64,000 nucleotides of DNA from Candidatus Bathyarchaeota archaeon (GTDB taxonomy: Archaea; Thermoproteota; Bathyarchaeia; Bathyarchaeales; Bathycorpusculaceae): positions 2,816,001 through 2,880,000 of the forward strand of contig OY969706.1 of the NCBI GenBank assembly GCA_963702095.1, written 5' to 3'. The notes under the pieces were generated by a model, which ran no database searches, was not told where the DNA came from, and was given only the letters and a program-made list of their open reading frames with translations. Below, piece after piece: positions 18,102-28,582 of the stretch; the stretch's first letter is position 1, and each line of letters begins with the position of its first letter. A program made the translations under genes and the position numbers.

Positions 18102-19262
18102 TTAGAGAGCTTGGGCGATGCGTTTGCAGGCTTCTGCTATGCGTTCTTTTGGCTGCGTAAACGTGATGCGCACATACCCTTCGCCGTGTTTGCCGAAGCC
18201 GACCCCGGGTGTGACAACGACGCCTACATCGAGCAGTTTAGCGGCGAACTTTATCGAGTCGCCCTTGCAGTTCACCCACACGTAGAAGGTGGCTTTGGGT
18301 TTTTCACATGGGTAACCCAGCTTGGTTAGGGTGTCAACGAGGAGGTCACGGCGTTCCGCCATGACTTGGTTGTTCTTCTTTAGAAACTCTGGCGGGTCAC
18401 TGCTTGTGTAGCTGCCCAAGGCTGTAACCGCGACTTTCTGAGTGTAAACTGGCGGACCAGAGTCAATCTGCGACTTCACCCTTGCTAAACCAGCAATCAA
18501 TTGCTTGTTGCCCACTGCGAAGCCGATGCGGTCGCCTGTCATGTTAAACGTTTTAGACAGCGAGTGGAATTCCACTACAACATCCAAAGCCCCGTCGATT
18601 TCTAGTATGCTGGGTGCGCGGTAGCCGTCGTAGGTGATTTCTGAGTAGGCGTTGTCGTAGCAGAGGATGATGTTGTTGTCTTTGGCGAATTGGACGGCTT
18701 CTTTGAGGCATTTTTGGTCGATGACTGCGGCGGTGGGGTTGTTCGGGTAGTTGATGAACATCATCTTCACGCGTCGGGCATCGACTGCTTCGAGGTCAGG
18801 TTTGAAGTTGTTTTCTGCCAAAAGCGGCAGGGGTACAGGTGTGCCGTCGCAGAGGATGGCGCTGCCGTTGGCGTAGACCGGGTACGCGGGGTCGGGGCAG
18901 AGCACGTTGTCGCCGGCATTTATGAATGCCCGTGCGATGTTGGCTATTCCTTCTTTGGAGCCCAAAAGCGCCACAACTTGGTCCTGCATCAAATCCACGC
19001 CGAAGCGTTTCTTGTACCACCCTACAACTGCCATTCGAAAGTCGGGTTCGCCTTGGCTGAAGCTGTAATTGTGGTTTTTGAGGTCACCTGCCTGCTCCTT
19101 TAGCGCATCCACAACGAATTGGGGCGGCGGCAAATCAGGGTCACCGATGGACAACGAAATAAGGTCGATTCCTTGTGCTTTCTTTTCTTTTTGGGTTCTC
19201 TCGATTTCTGCAAATAAGTATGGTGGTAACCGTTTGATTCGTTCTGCAAACTCAAAAGTCAA
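18102..19262 (-). CDS. dapL: LL-diaminopimelate aminotransferase
   Basis: Class I PLP aminotransferase (NYPNNPT, DNAYSE, SLSKTFNMTGDRIG); last gene of the dap operon. Confidence 0.85.
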   Translation of the reverse strand: MTFEFAERIKRLPPYLFAEIERTQKEKKAQGIDLISLSIGDPDLPPPQFVVDALKEQAGDLKNHNYSFSQGEPDFRMAVVGWYKKRFGVDLMQDQVVALLGSKEGIANIARAFINAGDNVLCPDPAYPVYANGSAILCDGTPVPLPLLAENNFKPDLEAVDARRVKMMFINYPNNPTAAVIDQKCLKEAVQFAKDNNIILCYDNAYSEITYDGYRAPSILEIDGALDVVVEFHSLSKTFNMTGDRIGFAVGNKQLIAGLARVKSQIDSGPPVYTQKVAVTALGSYTSSDPPEFLKKNNQVMAERRDLLVDTLTKLGYPCEKPKATFYVWVNCKGDSIKFAAKLLDVGVVVTPGVGFGKHGEGYVRITFTQPKERIAEACKRIAQAL

Positions 19263-19264
19263 AG

Positions 19265-20098
19265 TTATGTCTCCTTGAATAGTGTGCCTTCAAAAACTTT
19301 CTCGGCTGGGCCAATCAGGTATATGGTGTCGTCGACTTCAACTTGGAGGTCGCCTCCAAGAGCGTGGACGTTGACTCTGTTGCCGATTTTGCCCAGTTTG
19401 TTTGCTGCTGCGACGGCGGCGCATATTCCTGTGCCACAGGCGAGGGTTTCCCCGCAGCCCCGCTCCCAAACCCGAACCGTGAGCTCGTTGCGACTGTTAA
19501 CTTGGACGAAGACCGCGTTGGTTCTTCTGGGAAAAGCCTTGTGGTTCTCAACGAGTTTTCCCACAGAATAAACTGGAAACACATCGATGTTCTCCACAAA
19601 GGTGACGCAATGCGGGTTCCCCATGGAGAGGCAGGTTACCTTGTAGAGGTCATCGTCGATTTCTAAGTTTTGGTTTACGCAAATGCCTTCGCCGACCATG
19701 GGAAGTGAGGAGCGCTGCCAGTTGGGTGCGCCCATATCAACCTTTACCGATGTTACTTGGTCACCGTTAAGTGTTAACCAAACATGCTTTATGCCTGCCA
19801 ATGTCTCAACAAAGAACTCTGTTTTCTCTACGATGCCGTTTTCGTAGCAGTACCTGCTAAAGCATCGGATACCGTTGCCGCACATTTCGGCTTCGCTGCC
19901 GTCGGGGTTGAAAATCCGCATCTTCGCATCGGCAACTTTTGAGGGATAAACCAGCAGAAGCCCGTCTCCACCAATCGCGAACCTGCGCGATAAAAGTTCC
20001 TCTGCAAGTCTGGGAGCCCGCTTATCAGTGATTTTTTGGTCTCTGTTATCGATGACAACGTAGTCGTTGCCTAATCCATGCATCTTCCAAAAACGCAT
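19265..20098 (-). CDS. dapF: Diaminopimelate epimerase
   Basis: KMHGLGNDY, EMCGNGIRC, GNPH, ERGCGETLACGTG. Confidence 0.97.
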   Translation of the reverse strand: MRFWKMHGLGNDYVVIDNRDQKITDKRAPRLAEELLSRRFAIGGDGLLLVYPSKVADAKMRIFNPDGSEAEMCGNGIRCFSRYCYENGIVEKTEFFVETLAGIKHVWLTLNGDQVTSVKVDMGAPNWQRSSLPMVGEGICVNQNLEIDDDLYKVTCLSMGNPHCVTFVENIDVFPVYSVGKLVENHKAFPRRTNAVFVQVNSRNELTVRVWERGCGETLACGTGICAAVAAANKLGKIGNRVNVHALGGDLQVEVDDTIYLIGPAEKVFEGTLFKET

Positions 20099-21396
20099 CA
20101 GGACTCACTCTGGATTTTTTGACTGGAAATCAAGTCGCCGAGTTGCTCGCGGTTCCGTACTATGACGGGTTTGCCGCCTCGAACCATGACTTCTGCTGCT
20201 CTGGGGCGCGAATTGTACTGGCTGCTCATGCTAAAGCCATAGGCGCCTGCGTTTAGGACTGCCAGTAAGTCACCTTCCCTGATTTCAGGTAACTGCCGTT
20301 CTTTTGCAAGTAAGTCGCCTGACTCGCAGATTGGACCTGCTACGTCGTAGGTTTCTTTGTCAGCCTCGTTTAGTTTGTTGGCAACTAAGATATGGTGGTA
20401 GCTGCCATACATGGTGGGGCGCACAAGCGTGTTGAAGCCTGCGTCTACGCCGACGAATGTGCGGCTAGGCGTCGCTTTCACCGTGTTCACTGCTGTGAGT
20501 AGTATGCACGCGTCGGCTACTAGGTACCTGCCAGGTTCAACAAATAGGAAAGGCTTGCCCAACCCGTATTCCTTGACTTTATTCTTGAATAAAGTGACGA
20601 CTTTGCTGGAGAACTCGACGAGGTCTATCTCTTTGTCTTCGGGTTTGTAGGGAACGCCTATTCCGCCGCCTATGTCAATGAACTCGAAGTCGATGCCTAC
20701 TTCATCATGCACCCGCTTGGCTATTTGGAGCAGTTTCTCCACTGCCAAAACATAGGGTTCAGCTTCGAGAATGCCTGAGCCGATGTGCATGTGCATTCCG
20801 AAGCGTCCGACGCGGGCGCGTTGGGCAATTGCGTAAGCTTGGATGACTTCCTCCTCCCATAGGCCAAACTTGGATTCGGGGCCCGCAGTGATGCAGTGGC
20901 TGTGGTGTCCAGCGCCGACTTCTGGGTTGACGCGTACCGAGAGGATCTGGGGCACCGAAATTTTGAGGAGGCGGTCCATTTCCGATTGGGAGTCGACGTT
21001 GATTGTTATGTTGGCGTCTGAGAGCATTTTGAGTTCGTCGTCTCGGACGCTGGTTCCAGTGAATAGGATGCGGTCGGGTGTGAAGCCGCTGCTTAATGCT
21101 AAGAACACTTCGCCTGGGCTGACTGTGTCGAGGTATGCGCCTTGAGACTGCAGAATCCGCAGCACCGTCATGTTGGTGTTTGCTTTGGCGGCGTAGTAGA
21201 TGCGTACGTACTTGTAGTTGTTTACTAAGGCGCCGTAGAGGCGGTTGTAGTTGTCTCTTATGCGTTTTTCACTGATTAAATACAGTGGGGTATCATACTG
21301 TTTTGCCAACTCCACTGTTGAGTAACCGTCAAAGTAGAGGCTGCCTTTTCGGTCCTCGAGTGGTTCACGAAGCTTTCTCTTAACCATACCATACAC
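20098..21396 (-). CDS. lysA: Diaminopimelate decarboxylase
   Basis: YAAKAN, SKFG, HIGS, EPGRYLV, GPICESGD, YNSRPR. Confidence 0.97.
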   Translation of the reverse strand: MYGMVKRKLREPLEDRKGSLYFDGYSTVELAKQYDTPLYLISEKRIRDNYNRLYGALVNNYKYVRIYYAAKANTNMTVLRILQSQGAYLDTVSPGEVFLALSSGFTPDRILFTGTSVRDDELKMLSDANITINVDSQSEMDRLLKISVPQILSVRVNPEVGAGHHSHCITAGPESKFGLWEEEVIQAYAIAQRARVGRFGMHMHIGSGILEAEPYVLAVEKLLQIAKRVHDEVGIDFEFIDIGGGIGVPYKPEDKEIDLVEFSSKVVTLFKNKVKEYGLGKPFLFVEPGRYLVADACILLTAVNTVKATPSRTFVGVDAGFNTLVRPTMYGSYHHILVANKLNEADKETYDVAGPICESGDLLAKERQLPEIREGDLLAVLNAGAYGFSMSSQYNSRPRAAEVMVRGGKPVIVRNREQLGDLISSQKIQSES

Positions 21397-21421
21397 CAGA
21401 TTTTGTAACTAGAAGGCTGTT

Positions 21422-22483
21422 TTAAGCTAAACCGTTAGCTACATACAGTTCTGCGCCAAGTATTCCTCCGCCAGCAGCGCCCCGCACTGTGTTGTGTCCA
21501 AGGCACATGTACTTGAAAGTCAAGATTGGGTCCTTGCGTATCCTGCCCACTGTAACTGCCATGCCGCGGCTTGTGCCTCGGTCGTAGCGGGGTTGGGGAC
21601 GGTTCTTTTCATGCCGAACCACGATGGGTTGGGCAGGTGCAGAGGGCAACTTGAGCAGTTGCGGAGCACCCCTGAAGTCTTCAAACGCCGCTTCAATCTG
21701 CTTCAGTGAGGGCTCCTGATCCAGCTTTACGAATATGGACTCTAAGTGCCCATCTTTAACGTTGACTCTGTTGCAGCTTGAGCTTATCTTGAAATCAGCG
21801 TTCACTACTCCATTGGCTCCGTTGTAGGTTCCAAGTATCTTGAGGGCTTCGGACTCCATCTTGTCTTCTTCGCCTGAAATGAATGGAACCACGTTGTCGA
21901 TGATATCCAGTGAAGCTACGCCTGGGTATCCTGCGCCGCTGAGAGCTTGCATTGTAGTAACTATGACCTGTTTTAAGCCGAACTGCATAAGCGGCTTTAG
22001 CGAAATCGCCATCTGCGTTGTACTGCAGTTGGGGTCAGTGGAGATGAAGCCGCTCCATCCGCGTTGTTTCTGCTGAATCTTGACCAATTCGATGTGGTCA
22101 GGGTTGATTTCTGGGATAAGCAAAGGAACGTCTTTTTCCATGCGGTGTGCGCTGGCTTTGCTAAACACTGGGTAGAGGGCTGCGAATTCCTTCTCCACTG
22201 GACCCGCTAAATCACCGGGTAAGGACGTGAATACTATGTCGAAATCGCCTGTTTGCTCCGCTGACTTCACGTCTATGTTAGCAACTGGCATTTCACCGAT
22301 TTCTCTGGGCATCTCTGTCTCCATGAGCCAGTTGCAGGCATCTTTGAATTTTTTGCCTGCGCTCCGCTCTGAAGCCGCGAGCACTGAGACCTCAAACCAG
22401 GGGTGTCCCTGTAAGAGTTGAATGTACCGCTGTCCCACGGCGCCTGTTGCGCCTAAAATGGCGACTTTACGCTTATTTGACAT
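21422..22483 (-). CDS. asd: Aspartate-semialdehyde dehydrogenase
   Basis: GATGAVGQ, PNCSTT, QALSGAGYPG, HNTVRGAAGG. Confidence 0.97.
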   Translation of the reverse strand: MSNKRKVAILGATGAVGQRYIQLLQGHPWFEVSVLAASERSAGKKFKDACNWLMETEMPREIGEMPVANIDVKSAEQTGDFDIVFTSLPGDLAGPVEKEFAALYPVFSKASAHRMEKDVPLLIPEINPDHIELVKIQQKQRGWSGFISTDPNCSTTQMAISLKPLMQFGLKQVIVTTMQALSGAGYPGVASLDIIDNVVPFISGEEDKMESEALKILGTYNGANGVVNADFKISSSCNRVNVKDGHLESIFVKLDQEPSLKQIEAAFEDFRGAPQLLKLPSAPAQPIVVRHEKNRPQPRYDRGTSRGMAVTVGRIRKDPILTFKYMCLGHNTVRGAAGGGILGAELYVANGLA

Positions 22484-22554
22484 TGAACGTTCTTCCTTCG
22501 ACGAGTCTCTTATTCTTTAACTTGATAAAAAAGGTAATGGTGAGTTTTTCGGTG

Positions 22555-23346
22555 TTAAGATAGTCCTAGCACGTCCGCCATAGAGTAGACTTTGGGTGTG
22601 GTTTGTTTGCTTATCCACTCGGCAGCGAGGACGGCGCCCTGAGCTAAGACGGTGCGGTTAAACGCGGTGTGTTCGATGCGCAGCATCTCGTTTGGTCCTG
22701 CAACGATGACGCAGTGGATTCCCGGTACTCCGCCTGCACGTATGGCAACGGACTCCAGTTCACCCGGGTGCCTTGGACTGATGCCTTCTCTGCCATAGAC
22801 GGTTTTGCTGTAATTGCGAGTCTCGGAAATGATTTGTTCCAGCTTTTTCGCTGTTCCGCTTGGCGCGTCCTTTTTACCTGTATGATGGATTTCGCAGAGG
22901 CTAACGTCATATCCTGCTGGGAACGCTTTGAGTTGTTCCGCGAGTTTGAAGAGTATGTTGACGCCTACACTGTAATTCGGCGAGAACACAGCCGGAACTT
23001 TACCCGACATTGCCTCAGTTACCTGTCGGTTCTGGTCTACTGTGAAGCCTGTGGTGCCGAGGACTATACGTTTGCCGAGGTCTACGGCGAGTGGTATGTT
23101 GACTAAATCTGCGGCTGGCGCTGTGAAGCTTATGAATATGTCGGCGTCTTTGAGGGCTTGCGTTAAACTGTCGGAACCTTGGATTAATGTGTCGGAGTTG
23201 CTGCCGAGTTCACGGAGGCTTTTACCGACCGCTGGTGAATTCGAGGCTTCGACTGCGCCTACGATCTGGTGTCCCCTGACGGTAGCTTCGCCTATGATGG
23301 CTTGCCCCATTCTGCCCGCTGCACCTGCGACACAGAGCTTAAGCAT
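22555..23346 (-). CDS. dapB: 4-hydroxy-tetrahydrodipicolinate reductase
   Basis: GAAGRMG, GTTG, EIHHTGKKDAPSGTA. Confidence 0.96.
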   Translation of the reverse strand: MLKLCVAGAAGRMGQAIIGEATVRGHQIVGAVEASNSPAVGKSLRELGSNSDTLIQGSDSLTQALKDADIFISFTAPAADLVNIPLAVDLGKRIVLGTTGFTVDQNRQVTEAMSGKVPAVFSPNYSVGVNILFKLAEQLKAFPAGYDVSLCEIHHTGKKDAPSGTAKKLEQIISETRNYSKTVYGREGISPRHPGELESVAIRAGGVPGIHCVIVAGPNEMLRIEHTAFNRTVLAQGAVLAAEWISKQTTPKVYSMADVLGLS

Positions 23347-24376
23347 AGTAGAGTCCCTCTATGTACTTCTCGTTGTAGAGGCGGTCTTTTAAATCCACGC
23401 TGAAATATTCAGCTATGGGCTCAAGAACCTGTGGGTTAGCTTCGTAGACTTTGCGTGCGCTAGCCAAAACAACTTCAACGCCGCCCCTCGTCATTTTACC
23501 CAGCGGTTGCCTACATGGTCCAGAGGGCATTCCCAGCACATTCATCAGCGTCTTGTAGGCAACTGGGTTACGTGCTTTACAGGCTACTGGACCATAGGGT
23601 GTTTGCTCAATGGTTTTTACCGTTACAATGTTAAACAGCGGCTGAAGTGCTTGGTTGATTACGCTGGCAGCTTCCTCGTTGCCGTCCAACGCGTAGTGCA
23701 CCATGTCTGCGACTGCTTGTGGCGCTACGTTTGAAACGACTGAGATTACTCCGCTGGCTGCTATGTCGGGTGAGGTCAGCATTGTTAAGGTTTTGTCGTC
23801 GTCCCCGCTTAGGATGTTAAAGTTTTCTCCGCAGAGGTGGCGGGTTAGTTCCATGTTTTTGAGGTCGCCTGTGGCTTCCTTGACGCAGCTCACGTTGGGA
23901 TACTGCGCGTGTAGAGCGGCGAGGTCTTGAGGGAGCAGTTGGGTGCCGGTTCTGCCTGGGATGATGTAGGGGATAACTTGGACTTCGGGGAAACGCTTTG
24001 CTACGGGTTCGATGTATTCTTTTCTGATTTCAAGTGAGCTTGGACCATTGTAGTAGGGGTCTACGAGCAAAACTGCAGTGATTCCTGCATGGTAGGCGTG
24101 TTCGGTGCCGTCGAGGGTTTCCTGTGTGCTGTTGCTGCCTGTGCCCGCGATCGTTAAGCCGCGTTTGCCCATGTATTCGTGGGTTTTCTCGATAACTTTG
24201 CTGTGTTCATTCCAGTCTAGCGTGGGGCTTTCGCCGGTTGTGCCGACGGCGAGGATGCCTTTGACGCCGTTTTTTATTTGGAAATCCACCAATTGTGCTA
24301 ATCCTTCGTAATCGACTTGGCGGTTACGGTTCATGGGGGTTATTAGTGCTGTGTAACAACCGCTGAATGTTGCCAA
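23339..24376 (-). CDS. dapA: 4-hydroxy-tetrahydrodipicolinate synthase
   Basis: TALITP, GTTGESPTL, PYYN, IPGRTG, KEATG, SGDD. Confidence 0.95.
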   Translation of the reverse strand: MATFSGCYTALITPMNRNRQVDYEGLAQLVDFQIKNGVKGILAVGTTGESPTLDWNEHSKVIEKTHEYMGKRGLTIAGTGSNSTQETLDGTEHAYHAGITAVLLVDPYYNGPSSLEIRKEYIEPVAKRFPEVQVIPYIIPGRTGTQLLPQDLAALHAQYPNVSCVKEATGDLKNMELTRHLCGENFNILSGDDDKTLTMLTSPDIAASGVISVVSNVAPQAVADMVHYALDGNEEAASVINQALQPLFNIVTVKTIEQTPYGPVACKARNPVAYKTLMNVLGMPSGPCRQPLGKMTRGGVEVVLASARKVYEANPQVLEPIAEYFSVDLKDRLYNEKYIEGLYYA

Positions 24377-24540
24377 TTTTTATTCCTCATATTCGTGGGT
24401 GACGAACTGATGGGTTGCACAATATTTAAGTTTTACGCTTTACATATTTTAACTACGGAAAACGTAATTGATTAATCATAAACATATTAGAAAATGCTCC
24501 AGTTATAACGCTTTACGTAAAAAAACAACGGCAAACAAGG

Positions 24541-24840
24541 TTAAGGCACAACAGTATACGCCGTAAAACACCCCTCACAACTACCATAAATCCTCCTCAA
24601 ATACGCCAACGCCTCATCCAACGTAGCAGCAGCCGGAATAACCTGTCGAAAATTATCTGCCCTAATAACCTCAGTTAACTTCCCCGTCTGCGTCCCAACT
24701 ATTCGCAACTTCAACAAACGCGATCCACAGGCAAACACTGCCACATCACCCATCCGAGGTCTACCCTTTCGTACATCGATTGTTTTTTTGCCCTCACTTA
24801 ACCACTCGAGAACCTCTTTTTTTGCCAGAAACATCGGCAC
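24541..24840 (-). CDS. ASCH/PUA-like domain protein
   Basis: LSEGKKTIDVR...GD ASCH motif. Confidence 0.75.
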   Translation of the reverse strand: MPMFLAKKEVLEWLSEGKKTIDVRKGRPRMGDVAVFACGSRLLKLRIVGTQTGKLTEVIRADNFRQVIPAAATLDEALAYLRRIYGSCEGCFTAYTVVP

Positions 24841-24955
24841 CGCTAAACACCACGCCCAATTTGCCCTATCTATAAGATAAGTATTCAGTTAAAAAGCGGA
24901 TAGATACAAAAAATGAAAAAGTAGAGTTGGGGAACTTGGGGAAGAAACGGTTGGT

Positions 24956-25153
24956 TTACCCTTTGCCTTTTTCTTCTTTACCGAAGTACTGAGTCCACTT
25001 TAGCTTGCGTGCATCACGTTTGAATTCGAGGCTGCTCTTTTTGCATTTGCTGGAGTCAAACCAGAGGATTGAGCCGTCGTTTTTAACGTACATCATGCCT
25101 GTGCCAGCTGGGAAATCAGCACCACAGAACGAACATTTTCTCGGTTTTGGCAT
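24956..25153 (-). CDS. rpl24e: 50S ribosomal protein L24e
   Basis: CSFCG..PAGTGMMYVKNDG..FDSSKC..RKLKWT. Confidence 0.97.
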   Translation of the reverse strand: MPKPRKCSFCGADFPAGTGMMYVKNDGSILWFDSSKCKKSSLEFKRDARKLKWTQYFGKEEKGKG

Positions 25154-25174
25154 GACACATTTCTCCAAATAGTT

Positions 25175-25396
25175 TTATCTTGTGATTTTCTTTGCTTCAC
25201 GTTCAGTTTCTCGAAGCATCAGGATATCTTGAACGCGTACTGGTCCTTTAACGTTGCGTGTGATGATTCTGCCTTTGTCTTTGCCTTCCATGATTCTGAC
25301 GCGGACCTGTGTGATTTCGCCTGTTACGCCTGTGCGTCCGATGATTTGGATAACTTCCGAGGGAACTTGTTCGTCTGTTGTTTCTTTGCTACTCAT
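25175..25396 (-). CDS. rps28e: 30S ribosomal protein S28e
   Basis: [24 protein letters not shown]. Confidence 0.97.
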   Translation of the reverse strand: MSSKETTDEQVPSEVIQIIGRTGVTGEITQVRVRIMEGKDKGRIITRNVKGPVRVQDILMLRETEREAKKITR

Positions 25397-25397
25397 A

Positions 25398-25778
25398 TTA
25401 CTGAGTGCCTCGTTTAACCTGGTCGATGCGTGTGATGATTTCTTTGATTAAGCCTGCTGCTTCTCCCTCTCTCATGATGACTGCTGCTGCGCATGGGACT
25501 TCGATGCCGATGGATTTGCCGAGTTGTTCTTTGCTTGGGACAAAGACGTATGGGATTTTGCGTTCGTCACAGAGTAGTGGTAGGTGTGCAATGACTTCTG
25601 GGGGGTCAACGTCTTCGGCGATGATGACTAGTTTTGCTTGGCTGCGTTCCACAGCTTTTGTGGCTTCGTTTGTTCCTTTCCTAACTGATCCTGATTTTGA
25701 AGCAATCGTTAGGGCTTCATAGGCTGCATCTACGAGTTCTTTTGGGACTTCATACTTTACATAGAATGGTTTTGTCAT
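25398..25778 (-). CDS. rpl7ae: 50S ribosomal protein L7Ae
   Basis: [22 protein letters not shown]. Confidence 0.97.
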   Translation of the reverse strand: MTKPFYVKYEVPKELVDAAYEALTIASKSGSVRKGTNEATKAVERSQAKLVIIAEDVDPPEVIAHLPLLCDERKIPYVFVPSKEQLGKSIGIEVPCAAAVIMREGEAAGLIKEIITRIDQVKRGTQ

Positions 25779-25944
25779 GTTTTCTTGGCCTCACCCTTGT
25801 TAAGGCACAGTCTTATCCACGCTTCACATTTAATAAGTTTTCGACTCCAAAAGATCATCTTTGTTCCTTCGCCTTATATACCATCCAGAAACCTTTAAAT
25901 CCCAAGCTACGGCTACATCCATGTTTTCGAGAGGGGAACCGCGT

Positions 25945-26187
25945 TTGCAAAGACTGGGCAGGATTTCAAATGTATCTCCTTCAGGAAACGCCATAGTTAA
26001 AGCAGAAAAACCCCCGAAAATCGGCTCCGAAGTCGTCGATGAGAACCTAAATGTTATCGGTAAAGTTTTCGACATAATTGGCCCGGTCTCTGCGCCTTAT
26101 GCAGTTATAAAACCCAACGTTAGAGAACCCGCCAAACTACTCAATAAACCAGTGTACTTGCTTCTCTCGAAGACAAAACGGAGTTAA
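25945..26187 (+). CDS. gar1: H/ACA RNP protein Gar1
   Basis: LGRI...[23 protein letters not shown]; conserved gar1-tfb order; TTG start at 25945 preferred. Confidence 0.88.
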   Translation: MQRLGRISNVSPSGNAIVKAEKPPKIGSEVVDENLNVIGKVFDIIGPVSAPYAVIKPNVREPAKLLNKPVYLLLSKTKRS

Positions 26188-26194
26188 AGAGAGA

Positions 26195-27169
26195 ATGATC
26201 AGAGACAGCAAGTTACAGGAAGAAATAAATCACGATCAAACCGCAGGCAAAGCCGAACCCTACAAGGCTCGAGTTTGCCCTGAATGCGGAAGCACCCGAC
26301 TTATGCATGATTCAGAAGCAGCAGAAATAGTGTGCATGGACTGCGGTATTGTTGTCCAACAGAAAATGACTGATCGAGGCCCGGAATGGCGAGCGTTTGA
26401 TGATGAACAACGCTCTAAAAGAACCAGAGTCGGTGCCCCCCTAACATACACCATCCATGATAAAGGGTTATCCACAACCATAGATTGGCATGACAGAGAC
26501 ATCTATGGCAAAAGCCTCTCTCCGGGGCAGAAAGCCCAGGTTTATCGTCTGCGAAAATGGCAACGCCGCATCAGAGTCTCCGATGCCACTGAACGTAACC
26601 TTGCCTTTGCACTCTCAGAAATCACAAAGATTTCCAACAACCTCAATTTACCAAAGAATATTTTGGAAACCGCCTCGGTTATCTATCGAAAAGCTGTCAA
26701 AGAACGCCTCATCCGCGGCAGATCCATTCAGGGTGTCACGTCAGCAGCGCTTTATTTGGCGTGTAGGCAATGCGGGTTGCCCAGAACCTTAGATGAGATT
26801 GCTCAAGCCTCAACCGTTAACAAGAAAGAGGTTGGTAGAAGCTATCGTTTCCTAATCCGTGAACTCAACTACTCCATTCCGCCGTTGCGTCCGAGCCAAT
26901 ACATCACAAAGTTCTCCAATCAGTTAACCATGCAGGGGAAAGTGGAGGAAATAGCACATAAAATCTTGGCTGCGGCAAAAGAACTTAAACTAACTTCTGG
27001 CAGAGGACCCACAGGCATCGCCGCCGCGGCAAGCTACATTGCATCAGTGCTCACGGGCGAACGGAAAACACAAAGAGAGATCGCTGAAATTGCGCAGGTT
27101 ACAGAGGTAACCATTCGTAACCGCTATAAAGAACTCGTCGATAGATTGATGTTTCAGATAAGTATCTAA
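26195..27169 (+). CDS. tfb: Transcription initiation factor IIB
   Basis: Zn ribbon CPECG..CMDCG, GPEWRAF, cyclin repeats, [13 protein letters not shown]. Confidence 0.98.
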   Translation: MIRDSKLQEEINHDQTAGKAEPYKARVCPECGSTRLMHDSEAAEIVCMDCGIVVQQKMTDRGPEWRAFDDEQRSKRTRVGAPLTYTIHDKGLSTTIDWHDRDIYGKSLSPGQKAQVYRLRKWQRRIRVSDATERNLAFALSEITKISNNLNLPKNILETASVIYRKAVKERLIRGRSIQGVTSAALYLACRQCGLPRTLDEIAQASTVNKKEVGRSYRFLIRELNYSIPPLRPSQYITKFSNQLTMQGKVEEIAHKILAAAKELKLTSGRGPTGIAAAASYIASVLTGERKTQREIAEIAQVTEVTIRNRYKELVDRLMFQISI

Positions 27170-27205
27170 GCAACCGCTTCTTTCTTCTTTTTGGTTGGGT
27201 TGGCT

Positions 27206-27502
27206 ATGGTTGATGAGGGCTTCTTTGTAGAGGAGGTAGATAAGTTGACTCTACAGGAGTCTGTTGCTAAACTGCGGCAGATACACAAAGAGTTAAGAGT
27301 GGTCGCTGCTAACCTGCATGGAAAACTGGAGATGCTTGATTCAGAACCCCAATTGCATAGCAGCCTAGACAAGCTAAGGCAGGATGTAGAAGCAAGAGCA
27401 AGCGACCTCGAAGCAGAAGTGAAACGGTTACGCCAAGACCTAAAAAACGTAAAAGACCTCTTAGGGAACGGCAACGACAAAAAAGTATCAACCGATTCTT
27501 AG
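27206..27502 (+). CDS. Hypothetical coiled-coil protein
   Basis: Heptad-rich ORF between tfb and DUF116 gene. Confidence 0.65.
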   Translation: MVDEGFFVEEVDKLTLQESVAKLRQIHKELRVVAANLHGKLEMLDSEPQLHSSLDKLRQDVEARASDLEAEVKRLRQDLKNVKDLLGNGNDKKVSTDS

Positions 27503-27547
27503 TAGAACATAGCTATTTTTTTAAGTGTGTAAAAACATTTCTAGGGT

Positions 27548-28162
27548 ATGCCCTATAAATTTACTTTCGACCTGTCTACTGTTCCGCGTTTTTTCTTCAC
27601 AGAATTAACCCTGATAAGCTACCAGAGGGGCATGCATAAATCCTTCCTGAAAACCGCTAACGACTTAATCATTAAATTCCGCATCCAGGAAGCTACGGGA
27701 CTCAACATCTCCGACGCCATAGTTGTGCTCCAAGACCTAATCGACTTGCAGGCGATTAACATCTCGGAGAGACGCAGGTTCCTAGAAACCAAGAAACGAG
27801 CGCTTTTTCTACCCCATTGCTCCCGCAAATACATGGATAGCCGCTGCAAAGCTACCTTCGACGCTTCCATCCCCTCCTACACGTGCGGTCAATGCTCTGA
27901 GGATTGCCAAGTAAACAAGGCAACTCAGTACGCTAAAAGCAAAGGCTATGACGTTTTCCTCCTCCCAGGCGGCTCCTGCATACCCAAAATCCTAAAGAGT
28001 GCACGTTACGAGGGTGTGGTCGGTGTGGCTTGCGGAGAAGAAATGAAGATGATGAGTCATCTGCTGGAGAGCATGGATGTGGCTGGGCAAGGTGTGCCAT
28101 TGATTAAGAACGGTTGTGCAAACACCATTTTTAACATGGAAACCATTGCTAAAGTTCTATAG
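27548..28162 (+). CDS. DUF116 family Cys-rich protein
   Basis: LFLPHC..C..CGQC..C..PGGS..GVACGEE. Confidence 0.85.
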   Translation: MPYKFTFDLSTVPRFFFTELTLISYQRGMHKSFLKTANDLIIKFRIQEATGLNISDAIVVLQDLIDLQAINISERRRFLETKKRALFLPHCSRKYMDSRCKATFDASIPSYTCGQCSEDCQVNKATQYAKSKGYDVFLLPGGSCIPKILKSARYEGVVGVACGEEMKMMSHLLESMDVAGQGVPLIKNGCANTIFNMETIAKVL

Positions 28163-28217
28163 CATATATAGCGGTTGATGTTAGTAAAGCTTATAATACC
28201 AGAGCAGAGAGCATTTA

Positions 28218-28499
28218 ATGATTTACATGCCAGTGAAGAAAGCAGCAGCTAAACCGAAAGCTAAAACCAAACCGAAAACACAAGTAAAACCGAAAACTAA
28301 GACGAAGCCAAAAGCACAGGCGAAACCAAAAACAAAATTCTATCGGACAGGCGAAAAATGCCCCGAATCAGGACTCTACGAGCATTTCTGTAAGGAAAAA
28401 GGTGAGGGCGCACGGATTCCGCTGTCTAAATCGGAGACTTTTCCGCCTTGCCGTACCTGTGGCTCGGTTAAGTGGAAACTGATCATGTCAGCAAATTAA
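28218..28499 (+). CDS. YjzC-like zinc-ribbon protein with Lys/Pro-rich N-terminal tail
   Basis: TGEKCPESGLY...IPLSKSETFPPCRTC..W preceded by KPK repeats. Confidence 0.7.
   Translation: MIYMPVKKAAAKPKAKTKPKTQVKPKTKTKPKAQAKPKTKFYRTGEKCPESGLYEHFCKEKGEGARIPLSKSETFPPCRTCGSVKWKLIMSAN
28251..28337 (+). repeat. Five degenerate 18-nt tandem repeats encoding KPKxxx
   Basis: aaaccgaaagctaaaacc / aaaccgaaaacacaagta / aaaccgaaaactaagacg / aagccaaaagcacaggcg / aaaccaaaaacaaaa. Confidence 0.8.
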
Positions 28500-28582
28500 T
28501 TTTCTCAATTTGATTATGCAGGTCTGCCAGTCTAGCCTCGGTTTGCGTAAACGATATATCGATTCACAATCTTAGGCATGTT

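Noticed and set aside
25779-25830. Possible autoregulatory kink-turn in the rpl7ae leader
   Set aside because: GCC/GGC pairing exists but I could not place tandem G.A/A.G pairs convincingly
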